Origin: Raillietiella orientalis
Taxonomy: Eukaryota
Length of the DNA stretch: 64,000 bases
Direction: 5' to 3'
NCBI GenBank assembly: GCA_036172245.1
Contig: JAYWIR010000038.1
Location: 1,426,001 to 1,490,000, forward strand
Numbering within the stretch: position 1 is the first letter of the stretch; each line of letters begins with the position of its first letter. Shown one piece after another: positions 12,901-27,299 of this stretch. A program made the position numbers and the translations under genes. The notes under the pieces are model-generated. The model worked only from the letters and a program-made list of their open reading frames with translations. It was not told where the DNA came from and did not search any database.

Positions 12901-15299
12901 GCAGCTTTCCTGATTCAAGCTCTAGGATTTAGTAGTCCAAGCCGAAGAAGTACGGTGATGAATCAGATTTCAGGCACGAGTTCTTGTAGATTTCGTTTGA
13001 AAGTTGGGGACCAAAGTAGACACGCCGTTCCTCCGGTGGCTATTTCAAAACATGGAATGCCATCCAATCGCGTGACCATGAAAACGAGTTGGTTTCAGTG
13101 GAGCAATCTGGTTTGGCCCTACCGTATGCATTCCTGTATGTACAGAACTCTCCTTCGCGAAACAGCATAAATGTCTCTCTACTCATTCCGACGAGGATTT
13201 GAGGTACTGAAGTGCTTCATGATGCTTGCTACAGAAGCCTTGCGAATTTGTTGCTACTACCAAAGAACACAGCTAATGTTCCCCCTCCCCCCAATCACGA
13301 AATGAAGAACACCCGACCGAGCCTACTTTTCCCAAAAGAAAGTACCGGAAAGACATTCTTGAACTGCTGCTGCTGTAAACGCATGCAGAAGACTGTGATC
13401 AGAAGCCATCGACTGGAAAGCAATCCGCGTCACTCTAAAGGACTCACCTATTCAGTGAGGTTTGCCTCGAGAAATCGCCTTTCGTCTGTAAATTCGGAAC
13501 CATCGTCAATTCGTTGCGTATCATCAGGGGAGAAAGTTGAAAACAAGAGCTTTGCATTCACCATGAATTTGGCCATCTCCCCAACAGATGGTGGCACCGC
13601 TCAAAAATTTCCAGGTGGTCGAAGCCACTTTTTCCAGCCGCGAGAAAAAAACGTAGTTCCAATTTATTTACGGCAGTGTGAAAACTCCTTCAGAGCTTAA
13701 CAGAGTGACACCTCCCCCCCCCCAAAAAAAAAAAAAACCTGGCTTTAAAAACTACATCGAGTCCCAATTTTGTTTCCAAAAGACTGCAATTTTTTGCGAT
13801 GGGGATTTCTCAATCCTTCTACTCTGCTGCTGGGTGGTCTGCGTTGCAGATCTCGAAAGATCGCTTTGGCCACAGCTTCCGAAGCCATAAATGCTCATGG
13901 CTGCTTTGGACTTGAGACTTGCCCCGCTGCTGCAAAGGTGTCTCGCTGAAGAGAAGAGCACCCCAGTAGTTTTCGGAAAGCAAAGAAAACGTCTGGGAAT
14001 TCCGGGAAGGAAACAGGGAACTTGAAGAAAATGATGTGGAACGGGAAAAGATTTCGAACTGCTTTGCACATCCTCCATTTCGATGGTAGACAAACGCGCG
14101 GAGGGATAAGAGATCCAAGAAGAACCTCCACGAAGTAAGTGGTCAGTGGCTGAGACGAAACGAGCAGCCACGCAAACCTCCCATCCGTTCGATCCACCAG
14201 CGCATACGCACGGAAAACCACGAGGGCAAAGTAAGTCCCTTCTGCGAATGCATTCCGTCCCACAGGACCTCTTTGCCAGAGTTGCCCGTAATGAGATGCG
14301 CACATTTTCATCGCGAATCGGGGCCAAGTGCAAGCTAAATGTGGGTTCCCGGCGAGCCGGATGAAGATTCCATCCAAAAGGTCTGCTCCGGAGTGCGCCC
14401 GCTTTCGCCCCTGCTCTCGTTGCCAATGCTCTCTCTCCCTGCAAAGTTCCCAAGCCCGTAAATCAGTTGCTGTAACTACCCGAAGCATCCTCGAACAATG
14501 CAAGTCAGTGAACAGCCAGGATGTGTACACAAAGTGCAGCTTAGAAGGCCGGGCGAATTTAATTAGCAAATTGCCTTTGATACGTGCCGCTATGATTAGG
14601 TTCTCAAATCGGCGTGCGTGTATTCCTCCCTGGATAACCGCCCCGTAAACTGCGCTGAAGCTTCATCATGGAGTCGTTTCCCCCTGGAGGAAGACACATA
14701 AAGCCAGTTTATTTGCATGCTTCCGTGTGCTTTGCAAGTGCTACATGTTGCTGAATTCCTGCTCATCACGCTGAAACGTAAGCGCGAATCGGTTCCCAAA
14801 TGTATTGACGCTTCGTCATAAAAACGCTGCTTTTGTTTAACCTCGACTGGGAAGGCTTTCTGGATGGAACGTTCCAGAACTCATCGGCAGAACTTTCACC
14901 GGGGCAGCGGGATGGGCGGGGGGGAGGGGGAAGCAAACTGCTCCAAGCAACAGGTAGTTAAATTTATGGAGAGGAACTTCTCTCAAACGGAGCCCTTCGT
15001 ACGGGCTCAGTCCTCACGCTTCGACGAAATGAAAAATATTGTCATGGAAACGGCTTCTGAGGAAAGCGATGATCCGCATGCGTTCCACACTAGTCGTGCC
15101 ATTCAAAGTGCCAAGCCAGGACAAAGGAAAAAAAGGAAGAAAAACGAAATCCTCTGTGCAATTTTTCTGACCTGCCCCCAATCCCATGTCCTTTGCTTTA
15201 AGAAGAGGGATGCAGAGCTCGTGGCCAGGCCGAGGCAGCTCTTGGTTTGGACTTGCAGATAATATTTCGACTTTTTTCACCCAAGTGATAACTCTCAAA

Positions 15300-16500
15300 A
15301 AGACTGGGTCAGCTGAAGAAGAGTACCTGAATACGGAAGCGTGCCTCGTGGCATTCGATTTACCGATGCTTCCTTAGATTTTCCCCTGTGGTCAAGCACC
15401 TACCGTCTGCAAAAGCGAAACCATTCCAGCAAGGACTCTGGTGGAACCGGAAGTCTTTTCACAATAAGTAGGCAACGCTCTGAATGTTCTGCGCTTCATT
15501 CGGTTCTGCGCTTCTTCTCCTTTTATCGATGCCCTGCGGTCCTCAAGAGAAACTGTCCTCTCTTCGGATTGCATTTGATAAGTCCCCCAAGTAGTTCTGG
15601 TCAATATGTACCATCTTTCCTTTTTCATTTTCATTCGAGGGCACGGTGGCCCGCTCAGAATCTCTTCGTCATACAATGCCCATACGTTCTCAACATTGCC
15701 TTTGGTAAGAAAAGAATGTACATGAACCAGAATACCAGAACAAAAGTGCATAAAGTATGTGGCATTTTCTCCGGAACTACGAGTTCTTCGATGATACTAC
15801 AAAAAATCATGCCCGACGACGTAATCACTGTTTGAGTCATCTGAAGCAGAGAGCCAATCAGAGAGAAACTTTTATTCGGTCCTGACTGGATCGCTGCAGA
15901 AGCAAGCAGTGGAAGCCGGCAAATGCAGCTGGTGCACCAAGGATTCCATCTTTGATGTACGCCCTCCATAAAAGTGGAGCTGATATTGCAATGAAGACTT
16001 CATCCACGAGCCGAAAACTTGGGATGACCTGAAGAGATGGTAAATCAGGATGTCAGTCAGTTCCCACGATCTCCAGTTGAAGAGGATGCAGCCCGCGACC
16101 TCCTCCTTTTCCTCTGGACACACCCCATTCCACCGACCTCGGTTAGCAACAGTGCTTATGGACTCTATGTCAAGTGTGTGTCAGCGCGTCTCAGGGACTG
16201 CATTCCTGGGAACGATCATCATATGCCCACAACGGAAAGGTTTTCTAGCACTTGACGGAGTGCTCGAGCACAACTTCGTGCTGCAGACTAAAGTGGACCA
16301 CATAAGACATACATCCAAGTATCTTGGAATAGTCTTCGTAGCCTTGGCTAATGCCCTGAAGAAGGCAACGTGGTGGTACGAAGAAATTCATCAGACGAGG
16401 AAAACGTGCTGGGTAAAGACGAACGAACCAGCAAGCTCAGGGTGCTCTTAGCAGATGTATGCCCGAGGGGAGCGTTGCAAGACCAAAATCTTATGTCTTT
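15300..16500 (+). mobile_element. Decayed LINE 3' fragment
   Basis: AARDLLLFLWTHPIP resembles the ESALMLLHWGLP segment of the better-preserved copies. Otherwise degenerate. Confidence 0.3.
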
Positions 16501-16533
16501 AAGAAAAGTTCATCACTCAACCACTCTGGGATT

Positions 16534-17500
16534 TTTATTGACTACCAACAAAAAAGTTGAGAAAGAAACGGAACAAACACGCGGCAGTTCGAGGGGAGGA
16601 TCCTCCGACCGTACCCTAAAGGTGGGAGGGGGCAATAAAATGAATATAAAAAGAACACAGAAGGGCAGTCTTTGCCATCATCCTCTTCTTTAAAAAGCGG
16701 GAAAGGTCTGGAACGGATGAACGGGGGACAATGAATAAATAAATAGGAGGAAGGGTATGGAGTCTTTGGTATCGGCCGTTTTTTCCTCTGGAGCCTTGTT
16801 GGTCGCCAGCGATCTCCGTTCTCACTTATTCCAGGTGAGACCACCTGTCAACCGTCCTCGTGTAGGCGGCTGCCACACGGGTGACCTCCCGTAGCTGCTC
16901 TGGAGAGCTGCAGCGCGTGGCGAGGCGTGGCGATGGCGCGGATGCCGCATATGGCCGCGATCACTGCGCCACTCGAGAGTCTGCTGTGCACCGAAGAATC
17001 TCCGCAGGTCACGGGCGGCATCCTACTGGTGCAGCGGCTCAGAAGCCGGTCTCCACCATAGGTCTCTGAGGTCACCGGAATCGACCAGCCCCTGGAACAT
17101 CTCGGGGATGCAGCTCCCCTGGAGACCGTGAGGTGTCAGCACCGATTCCACTGGAATACCCAGTGCAAAAACAGCAGCACCTCATGCTTCCAGTTTGCCG
17201 GGAGCCGTGGCGTCCAAACACAAGACAGGGACCGCAAATTCTTCGAAGCAGCGCTAAAAAGTTGCCTCAGCTTTGCATGGGCACGTGGGGCGGAGGTATC
17301 AGCAAACTCAAGCGTCTTCCAGCCACCCTAGAAGTTCAGTCTTTCCCGCAATGGTGCAGGAGAATTTCCACTTTGCAGGTAGGAAACTGCTGCCCTTGGG
17401 GCAGGCAACGCTGCGGCAAGGAATGCGGTGACCAGGTTAGACCACTTTGCCGAGTCCTGCATTACTTCATCCAAGGGGTGGCTTAGGAATAGTCTCAGGG
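16534..17500 (-). mobile_element. Tx1-like LINE 3' fragment (diverged relative of the 18165 and 33290 copies)
   Basis: Minus-strand RLPANWKHEVLLFLHW, LVDSGDLRDLW, ARDLRRFF, AICGIRAIATPRH and HEDG..WSHL align in order with the 18165 copy. T-rich 3'UTR and AATAAA at 16534-16539. Confidence 0.65.
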
Positions 17501-17544
17501 ACAAAGTTCCTCTGGGGCTAACTTCTGTTTTCGCTGCTTCGCTT

Positions 17545-18160
17545 CGTAGCATTTTTGGCGAGATCCTATTTTTCGATTCGCCGAGTGCCGAAGAACCACT
17601 CGCTTCCTTAGAGGGGGTCTCAAAGCTCTCAATGCACCATGCACGTCACCCGAGGGTACATGTAACTCCTCAAGTTAGGGAGCAGCCCCATAGGGACCAC
17701 CCTATGAATCCAGAAAGACTCCGGAGGAAGGAGTCCGTTCTTCTTATGCTTGAGAAAAGGGAATTTCCTTCTTATTCTCTCCAGAGATACCCCCATAGGA
17801 AGGGGCACCCCTTGTTTCTTCTCTGGAGGGAACCCGGAAGGACCGCTTCCAAATTTTCCTGAAGGGCGCTCCCCGAAGGGAGCAGCGCGCTTTTTTAACA
17901 CTGGAATGGCAACCTCCCTAGGAGGGCATCAACCAGTTCAATGGAGCGTGATGAAGGATCCCTCCCCGAGGGAGGATACGGCTGCATTTTCACAAGCGGT
18001 GAGAAACCCTGAAGGGAACCAGATCTTTCCATCCCTGGAAGGACCACGGAGGGCAAACTCCCAATCATGGCCAGTCAACGGGGGCATCAGTTTCCACCAA
18101 TGCGAAACCCACAGACCAATCAGGATCATCTTGTGGGGGGACTCGAAACTCATGGCGCAA
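17545..18160 (-). mobile_element. Long tRNA-headed SINE-like repeat, body and 3' part (head missing here)
   Basis: Collinear similarity to 41539-42268, 47143-47925 and 30696-31704 (e.g. tctctggagggaacc, ccccgaagggagcagcgcgc, ctggaaggacc, ccagtcaacgggg). Confidence 0.8.
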
Positions 18161-18164
18161 CTCT

Positions 18165-19608
18165 GATTCTTCTTCCCCTCCTCCGCCCCTTGCTTTTTGT
18201 TCACCCCCTGACATGCAGCATTAGAAAGAGGACGAAGGACTTCCTCCGGATCGCCCTTTGGGGCAAAAGGAGGCCCCGAGTCCGCCTAAAGGACTTGTGT
18301 GTTCCGCGCCGGGACGGCGGCCTAGGCCTTCTGACGCTGGAGCGAATGGAGCTGCAGCCCCAGTTTGGAACCCTTGCTATCGTGGCAAATCTCTGGAGCA
18401 TCACCTGGTGCCAACCTGCACGTCTTCTTGTCCAGAAAGCCACCGGTAGTGCGGGGCTCGCGTCCTTCCTTGCTTGCCGTCCATGCAGTCTCATCCATGG
18501 CGGATTGCAGCTGTGGCAGGTGGCAATGCTGGCGAGGAAAAAAGGATGAATCTCGTGCCGGTCCGCGAACGGTAATGTATGGTTGCAGGAAGCCGTTCGC
18601 ACGTAGGCGAGGACCCAAAAGCCAAATGGGGAACAGGGGAGACGTTTCCTGAATGCGCGCACCAACAAATGCACGCTCCGGGAGATCCTGGAAGATCACG
18701 CGAAGAGTGCATGGGCAAGCAGGACCTCCCTCGCCGCCACACTGCCTTTCTTGGGAAGCATATAGGCAGCAGACCTACGGCTAGATGGGAGGTCACTGTG
18801 GAAACCTACGGAAGGAGAAGAGGACTGGTCGAGTGGACGACGGGCCAGCTCACCGACGCTGCGACCCCGAGTGCTGGACATCGTGAACTTTTGAGCTGGA
18901 GCGTGCTACTAAGTATTCCGGAGAAAGATCTGCAGTGGCCCCCGGTGCTCATGAACATCCGCACCTTCCCTTTAAAGTGGCAGGAGTCGGCGTTGATGCT
19001 GCTGCACTGGGGCCTCCCGTGCAATGCGCGTCTGCATCATTGAACCCGGGGGGTTTATGGACCCAAATTGTGCAAGGTGCAGGGAGAGAGAATCCCTCCC
19101 GCACCTTCTAGTGGACTGTATTGCTCTCTGGTCCCTTTGAGGACTCTTTGCCGCGACCCTTGGAACCCTCGGCGGCAACGCCAGAGACGTTTGAAAGCTC
19201 CTCTTCCTGCGCGACGCCCTCACGCCGGTCGCATTCCCAGCAGCACTTTGCTGCCTACGCGGGATCGTGGCCTCATGAGGCAACTCCAGAGGAGGCCAGA
19301 ACGACAGGGACGTCATCTATTTTGCTGTTCTCTTCATGAGGATAGCGCTTCAAAATGGTCCCATCTGGGAGTCTTGAAACAGGAACTTGCCAGTATCCTG
19401 CGAAGGATGCAGAGGACGTCCTCCAGCACCCTGTGATCCCTTTCCGAACCCTCCCAATTTTTTGTATTTTTTGTTTGCCCTTCCCCCCTGCTGCCGAGGC
19501 GAACCCCACTGGCCGGCGCGCCGGTTCCCGGAAGGTTCCTCCTCGTAGTTGTAAGTAAGGTGGCAGGAGCAAATGTCCTGCGACACACGTTTATTTTTTA
19601 TGAATAAA
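18165..19608 (+). mobile_element. 5'-truncated L1/Tx1-clade LINE (ORF2 C-terminus plus 3'UTR), dead
   Basis: LWGKRRPRVRLKDLCVPRRDGGLGL motif; zf-RVT segment LHWGLPCNARL...DPNCARCRERESLPHLLVDC; T-rich 3'UTR; AATAAA at 19603-19608. Contains stops and frameshifts. Confidence 0.9.
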
Positions 19609-19790
19609 CGCCCCGGCGTGACCAGGTGTCAACGAGTGCTGGCTCACCCGAAGTCTACAGGTCAACCAGCGTCATCCTGCGGAGGGACTCGAAACCATGA
19701 GGCACCCATTTGCTAGGCGTGGATCCTACCCCGCACGGGATTCAAACCCGCTACGCTCGGTGTCGCACGGAGGCCTCAGCCAGACGGGGG
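19609..19790 (-). mobile_element. 5' (tRNA-head) part of the long SINE-like repeat
   Basis: cagcgtcatcctgc..gggactcg..gcacccatttgctaggcgt matches 42130-42190. Reverse B-box variant gggattcaaacccg. Confidence 0.75.
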
Positions 19791-20449
19791 TTTCTACGGG
19801 GACTTGGGATTGACCGGACTGTGCTCAGTGGCTGCTGGCATGGAATCCTCCTCCACAACGGACCTCCAGCATGTCACTGGAGTATTTGCAAGTACCACCA
19901 ACATCTGCACCGACGGCGGCTGGAGACGACCTCGCGCCCAAGCCCTTCTGCGCGCACCATCGTAACCTTCCTACCAGACGAAACCTGAGGAACCCGCCAT
20001 CCTCCGGTGGCGGTGTGCCGGAATTTAGGAACGCCTCTGCCCCAGCGGCCGGGTGCAGGCGGGACTCCTGGGATGCAGTTCACTTCCCGCAGGGCGCGTG
20101 ACTCCGGGTGGGTGAGTCGTCGGGCGAGCCCTTAGCGGATTCCCACTTCCAGCGTCGCCGCCCTGCTCTCCATAGCAACCAGCCAACAACTTTCACGGGA
20201 TTTGGTGAGCGTCGCATCGGGCACCGTGACGCAACATCTGGTTCGTCCCGTGGCTCCAGATCTGCTCACCGAAATTGGTTGTCTCTGTGCAGCCCAAGAC
20301 ACAACCGCCTCCTGCTGACAGGCATTCGAGTTCATCGGGAGGCTGAAGTTTCATCAGTGGACTTCCAGCTGAGCAGCAAGTTGCCTCAGCGGTAAGCCAA
20401 AGCCCCACGCCCTCTAGCGGAAGGACGGCAGCAGCGAGAGGTCTTCAGG

Positions 20450-21950
20450 AATCAGAACCTATTCGGATCTCGAAGGGGAGACGGGCAGCGTTCCGGAGTT
20501 GCGAGCTCAGTGGTAGCTTCCGAAGGCTATGAGCGAAACTCTGACTTTGTACTGCGATGCCTTTAGGATATTTAGGATATTCTCGAAAAATGATTTCGCG
20601 ATCGGAAGTCCAAGGAGTGCTCCTTCGGGCGCCTTGTTGAAAAAAGCGGACAGCAGATAGGGAGCACTTGTGCAGCGCGGAAATCGAAGGTGTGCTTTTT
20701 GCCCATCCTGGTCACGTGGCCTCAGCTACTCTTCGCTGGAGTTTGAAGCACTGAGAGGCCGGCACTGATGTTTCAGGCAGCTCACCTCTGGGTGGCGGTC
20801 TCGTCGCGTAGCCTTCTTGGAGAATGAGCAAACTTTGAACTATGACCGGGATCAGTTCTTGACTCTATTCGGGTCATCCGCGTCCAGCGCCTGCGTGCAA
20901 ATTTATGAGTGCAAAGTTGCGAGCTCGTCTGAGCGCCCTCGCCAGCATCGTCTCAAGCCGAAGGAGCAAACGGAAGTCAGAACTTCCCGACTTCTCCGTG
21001 ATGAAAATGCGAGCTCCTGGCCGACCGAGGGATTCCAAGAGCAGGCAGCATCAACCGAGCTGCGAGCGACCGAGTGGAATCCACGTGTTGCATGGTTGAC
21101 TTGCCTCCCGTGTCATAAATAAACACGATCCCCCATCACTTTCAAGGTTGAGTACGCATCCAGCGTTTTCAGCATCCATTTCAGTCCATTCCGGAAACGC
21201 GGGATTTAGGCAGCTACCCGTACATGCTGCTGGCCTTGAACCGAGCTGAATGAGTAGATTGTACAGTTCGGTAGTCACAGCCAAAGAACTGTGGAAATCG
21301 AAGTTCATTTCGGCCGCGTTCCTTAATGGAGGAGCGAGTCCTCGGCGCCAGCCACAGGAACATGCGCCGCAGAAAACTGTGGGGGAAATCCTCATTGAAG
21401 GACGAGGTGCGGAACAGTTCCTGGTTTGTTATCATCACAAACGAACTCGTCTTTAGGATCCCGCATCAAGCTTGAGGGATCTCCGAACGTGACGAAACCC
21501 GCTTCCAGAGAGGCTCCCCTAAATCCTTGTGCCTCGATGGTAACTTTCAAGGGGTTACAGAGTTCCGCATCACGAATAGCGGAAGCAACCTTCACTCTTG
21601 GAAGTCAGCATTATGGGTACGCAATAGCCGGCAGCACTTTGCTCAGGTTTCACTGCTTAAACGCTTGGCTCGATCTGCTCCACGCACGCAACTGCTGCTT
21701 TTCCACCTTCTGTGGATTCTGATCGCTGGCTGCCGCCGGTACCCACTTTGCGCTTTGCCACCTATTTCTGGCTTCCGTTTGTTTTGAAACTCCCACTCTA
21801 CTTCTTGTGCTTTTAGGAGTGCCTGTCATAATGCAAGAGGGAAAGAAGTGTGCCAGGGGACTCGATCGAGGACGATTCACCACGGCGCCACTTCGCATTG
21901 CGGCTGCATCTGACCTCGTGACCACGTGAAGTGCGAGGTTGAACGCAAGT
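20450..21950 (-). mobile_element. Decayed LINE ORF2 N-terminal (APE endonuclease) region
   Basis: Minus-strand GFVTFGDPSSLMRDPKD (cf. GDFN) and GARIF (cf. GAxiRsr). Heavily interrupted. Confidence 0.35.
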
Positions 21951-23099
21951 GGGATCGAGCGTGTTTCGAGACAGGGATTGGGGGCTCATGGCGCATGGGT
22001 CGAGGAGTGATGTACCTACAGTGATGCCACACTACGGTCTTCCTTGCGAACTGAGATCAGAAAGCGAGACTGAATCACAGATACGAGAATGCACTTAGGT
22101 GATCCTTTAATTAATAATTAATGCTTTCCATCGATCTTGACATTAGAACAGTATGGATAATGGAATCCGAAAATTTTCAATTTCCATTTTCTAGATCCGT
22201 GACCTTATGAACCGAAACAAGCAATAAGGAAACACGTCAGTAACAAATAAGAGAACAAGAAATAAGTCAGCCCTTTCACAATTTGAGTCTCCATAAAGCC
22301 GTAGTATTCCTTGAGGTGGAACTTTGCCATGTTATCGTTCTTGGAAAGTGTTCAAATTATAACAGGGCATCCAATCACACCCTTGCTTCGAAGAACAGTT
22401 TCCACTCCAGAATTGGTCCCTGTACGTACAGTGTTAAAGAAACCTGCTAAATTTCAAGTGCTTGCAAGAAACTGAAACTCATCAAGTTCTTGTACGAGCG
22501 TAGAAGAAAGGTTAGTCATTTTGGAAGGCAGAGAGAGAGAATCCTTTTGTTTGGTCAGCTCACCGTTTCTGAAGACGAGGGATGACGTTTTGCAGGATCC
22601 TTTGGTAACTTTCCGTTTCATTTGTAGTGACCCAATATGTGCACCCGTAGAATGATGCGGTCGGAAATTCGCCGAAGACGCGCATTTTCCGTGCTACATA
22701 TGAGAAAGGAAAAAAAAAAAAAAAAAAATGCAGCGGAAAGGTAAATGAGAAATAGCATCATCCGATACGAAAGGTGACTCGTGTAAAGCGAAACTCGTAA
22801 AGGGGATGGTGTCTGTAGGCACTTCAGTTAACTTTCCCCCGATTCTCATGACTCAAAAGTGGTGATGATTCATCGTGCAAACCCGCGAAGGGTCCCATAA
22901 AAAATCTCGCAGATTGCAGTTCGCGGACAACCTGATCTGCAGGAAAATGAAAAAAAAAAACGGAAAGAAAGAAAGAAAACTCATTCTGTGCGCCGTTGCT
23001 TCGTATTATCTCACTTCTTTTCAAGGTCAGCTATGAATCGAACGGTTAGACGAGTTTGGATTGAGCTTTCGAATTCCCGGAAAAGCATCGGGTGACATC

Positions 23100-25560
23100 C
23101 CCGCACACAAATAGAAGGTGCTTGTTTCTGCCTTTTACAGGTGACAGATCAGCAAGTTTACTTCTTTTCGAGGAACAGCCTTTGGACGAATGTTTAGCCC
23201 CCCTCAATGGTTGCGATCATAGGGTTCACAAGAAGGGAGCGCGAGGTCGTGTAGCCACAAACGAATCCCAGAACGCCTGACCCAGGTCAGAAGAGTATTC
23301 TTTGTTTTCCCTTCGTAGATTCCAGTAGTTTGCATTAGCCGTGTTGATGGAAAATAGTGGGTGCAAGAGGAAGACGACAGTTATTGACGAATGTACCTAA
23401 GAGTTTTGCCGATGGCGGTATTCTTGAATATTTCAGTACTTCTTCTCAAGAAAGCTTGAAAAGGGAAGCTGTTTGCAGGTAGGAAAAGTTCTCAACTCTG
23501 CCTTACAAGCGCACCACCGTCTTGCTGATACCGTAGGGACCACCGTGTGCTTCCGACGGAAGGACAATGCTTGCCATCATTGAATTACACTACATTTGTA
23601 TACGCCTTCCAAGTTGTTTCAGACCGACACTACCTTTAATTTTTTGTAGAACGAGTCATTTCAGTACATTTCCCTTTCTATAACTGTCTTGAGCATGCTG
23701 CTGCCTTCTGGAAAGATTTCGAAGATCTGAAGAAATCAGCCAGTTCTATTTGGCAGTTCTCCTTTCATGGTTTAGCCTCGCTTGTCGAAAACACTTTTCC
23801 TTTCATAGGCTGAAGCCCACCAATCATGAGACCTACTGCCTTCGTTTGAGCTTCTAGCACATGAGAAGCATTCAGACCTAGTAATCCACCTAGCTCCTTT
23901 CCACGACTTGGTCTTCATCCCGTACATCTCAGCGTACACCGAGTGCACGTGCCGTCCATCATGTGATAGCATCAAGCAGATTCGAAACCAAAAAGCTTAA
24001 AATGCTGTCCTCTTTATTCTTTAGAGGCACGAGCTACATTATTCATTGATTCGAGGCCCAGAGGAAACTTGAAGTGTTAGGTAATGAGATTGGTAATCTT
24101 GAGTTTCGCTTTTTCCACAAAAAAGTATCCATGGGCTGTCGTGACCTGTGACCTGTAATTACTAAGGATGCGATGCTTGGAGTTCATCATGAAGAAAGAC
24201 TGCTTTGTATGGGCAAACTGAGTGGCATGTGATCAGTCGTCTTTTTAAGTAGAACCTCCTTCACAAATTTTTTTCCAACTTCCTCCATGAGAAACGTGCC
24301 GTTTCGATTTCACTCTCGCTTTTTTGGATTTTCCGAGTCGAATCAATTTTGCATCTAATTTTACATCTTACCTCCTTCTTGCGTGTTACTTGCAGAAGCA
24401 GCATGCATCCTGCATAGCTCTTAAGAATCCTTTTGACTTACCTCGATACCTCAGGTCCCAAAGAGCAATTGCTTCAACACCACTCATACAATTCATTATC
24501 AATGACTCTGATACGTCATTCAACCGTTCTTTGCAGGTACTGGAGTGAAGAAGCGAAACGAAAAATGAATGGCATTTAGTGATTCTCTTTCAACAGCGGC
24601 AGCATCCGCAGCGTGGGGTTTTCACATGGTTGGATATCAGTGCACTTGAAACGGAGAGCTGAAGAGCACATCGCTGTTGAAAGTTTCCAACAGGTGCCTC
24701 GACAAATGAAACCATTTCCAGATGTGCAGCTTTCGCACAGCTCGTGTGAAGCGCAGTACGAGACATTCCTTTGGAAAGGATTGGGGCAACAGCTAAGAGA
24801 ATCTTCTCTTGATCTTTAACGTCTTCTTCAGTTTCTTTGCATGTCTTTGTAACTATTCTTCAAGTCCTCTAGGCAAGGTTTGAAGTCTGTCACCATGATT
24901 TTGCTTTATTGGCTCACGAGGAGGTAAAGTTCCCAGCACAGAGATTGCCATAGCGTGAGCTTCAATCTGGTAATCACAAGTGTGATTACCAGATTGCCTC
25001 GGGTGTTCACACACGGTGGACTTTTAAGGACGCCCTGATCGATGTGTTTATCCTTCATATGCATTATCAGGACACCAGAATCTTGTTGATGCGGTGGGGT
25101 CTTCCGCAGAAACCAAACGGTCACCATGCAACCTCGGAAAATGACCACATCGCAGAGTCGGTACAACCACCACGCACACATCTGGGATTCTTCAGGCTGC
25201 ACCAGGGCTCTACCCACACCATAATGACACTCCAATTCCCCAGGGATGGTTCCAGTACTCCTTCGGATTTATTGGTGGTGATCTTTTGCCACTTGTGAGC
25301 AGCAGCCATGGCAATGATGAATCTTGTCGCTATCAAGGGAGGGAGTCATTCGCAGCTGCCTTCTTTCTAGAGGAAGATGGGGAGGAATGGACCAACCTGG
25401 ATAATAGGATCAAAGCATACCTAGAGATAACTGACGACAGACTTGGGATTGACAGGTGAGCAGCACCTTATTGCCTTCCTTATCCCTACCCGGGTCTCTA
25501 TTACTCGGGTCCCACGTTCACGAAGGACCTTCCTTATTGGGAGAGGGTCAGTTCCTCCAC
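23100..25560 (+). mobile_element. Decayed Tx1-like LINE, RT through C-terminus
   Basis: Ordered degenerate motifs ISVLLLKK, CASDGRTM (cf. C-x-PGRSI), FRPSNPPS (cf. RQGCPLS), ISAYTEC (cf. AYADD), KLEVLG, YQDTRILLMRWGLP, and LEEDGEEWTNL (cf. LHEDSASKWSHL). Confidence 0.6.
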
Positions 25561-27299
25561 AGCATGCGGGATATGGATTGAAGGATCTCCCAAGGGACTG
25601 CAATGTCCTTCGTCCGAGGTGAGAACACGTGGTTGGCACTCATCGATCAAACTTTCGAAAATCAGAAGCGATGCTTCATCTTCATCTCATTTCTTCGTCC
25701 GCGATGGACTTCCAAAAACTACGCAACGATTACCATCAATTGGCACTCTTGTGCTGCAAGCGCTCCGGCATTGGGCAGCTCGTCCTGAGGAGGTGCACGC
25801 CAACAAAAGTGAGGGACCATCCCTTCTGGCCATTTTCATTCTATGAAGAGCGGCGAGGTGGTCTCGCCTGACCTCCACAGAAAGGAAGCACACCGAGGGC
25901 TGGAAGAACTGAAGAACGGTGGTGATCCCTTCACTCCTCACTATATACCCTTCACTATGTAGGGGAGTATGATTATTTCTGCATGTCTATCTTTTTCACT
26001 CTAGGGCTCGCTCCCTAGTACAACTAACTGCGCGTCGGGCAAAATTCCACTTCGTACAACCCCAATGAAAAATTAGTTCCAATAAGTATGTTATTTTTCT
26101 TATTTTCAATAAATGGCTCGGTCCATGTGATACGGTCAGGTCATGACTTCCAAGCTATTCGCAGTATCTCGGTCTTTGGGAATGCTCACTCCATGATGCT
26201 TATACAGCTGCATAGGGAGATTTTTGCCGATTTCCTGCTGAGATTTGTAGGCAGCAAATTTAGTGATTTTGAGCTCCAAAACGTGTTGGACCACTCTTAA
26301 GCTCCTAGCTTAGGAAAGCAATGTACGAGCGATATTCTTTGTCTGATAGCATACGGAGCAGGAATAGATGAAGAAAAGAATGAAAAAGAACACCAATCAC
26401 AGAGATTTTGCAGATTGACGCGGGCGGAGAAGGAATTAATGAAGAAGAAGATAGCCATCTGAAGCTTAGATCAATTCCTATGGAATTAAGAATCGCCATC
26501 ATCGCAAAGTATACCACAAATCACACCACACACGCAGCACACAGACGAATGAAGCTCCCCACATAAACAGAATTCTGCCTTTACCATCAGAAGTCACCTA
26601 AAAGCCTCTAATCCATCTTGTGCCTTATCCATCAATAGTCGACATCCTAATTGCAGGGACTACTATCAAAAAGATTTCATGTAAAACTGCAGCGCTCAGT
26701 AGAAAAAAAAAAAAAAAATCAAGACCCTGCGCATCCATCTTTTGGAGGACTACTCACTATGAACGAAAGATGTCCAAAAGGGCCATTGGGAAGTCCGCGA
26801 AGGTCCTGGAGGGGAGACTTAAGTGCGAAGCAAGATAAGTGCATCCGCGTTCCTTTTTATGGACTTCTGGGCTTCTTAAGTTGGCGTGATCCGTTTCAAA
26901 GATTTGGATCAATCAGTGCCTTTTAAGGTTTTTTTTCTTTTTGACTGTCCCTGGTTCCTAAAGAGGGTGTTGGGTAAAGTGAGCTCCACAATTTCCTGGA
27001 AGTTCGTATGGACGCATCAATCACGAAATCGTATAGAAAAATTTCTAGATTTCTGTAAGAAGCAGCAAGCGTTGTAGCTCGTCACTCTCTTCTTGGAACT
27101 GATGAAAGCAACTTCTCAGCAGGCGGAGTTCAGATTTCCACCAGTGAAGCGAAGAAAGGTCAGGCAGGAACCACTAAGGAGCGGAGCGCAGACATGCGAT
27201 TTTGACAGCTTCCAAGAACGCTTTGAAGAGAGGCAATGTGTTTGTTTGCCTTTTGGATATTTGACAAACCCTTGGAAGTCATCATTCTACTAGCGAAGG

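Noticed and set aside
13752..14569. Overlapping 233-aa and 224-aa minus-strand ORFs
   Set aside because: No recognisable domain, codon bias or splice context. Such ORFs are expected by chance in GC-rich sequence.
14555..14720. Enhancer from TTAATTAG, CCTTTGAT and ATTTGCAT motifs
   Set aside because: Isolated short motifs are expected by chance in 64 kb, and no conservation data are available.
19040..19380. Several in-frame TGA codons shared by both LINE copies, suggesting TGA=Trp recoding
   Set aside because: In the diverged copy at 16.5-17.5 kb, one TGA aligns with Trp but two align with Arg (consistent with CGA to TGA decay). The copies also share a frameshift, and the host gene at 2120 ends in TGA. 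These are ordinary inactivating mutations.
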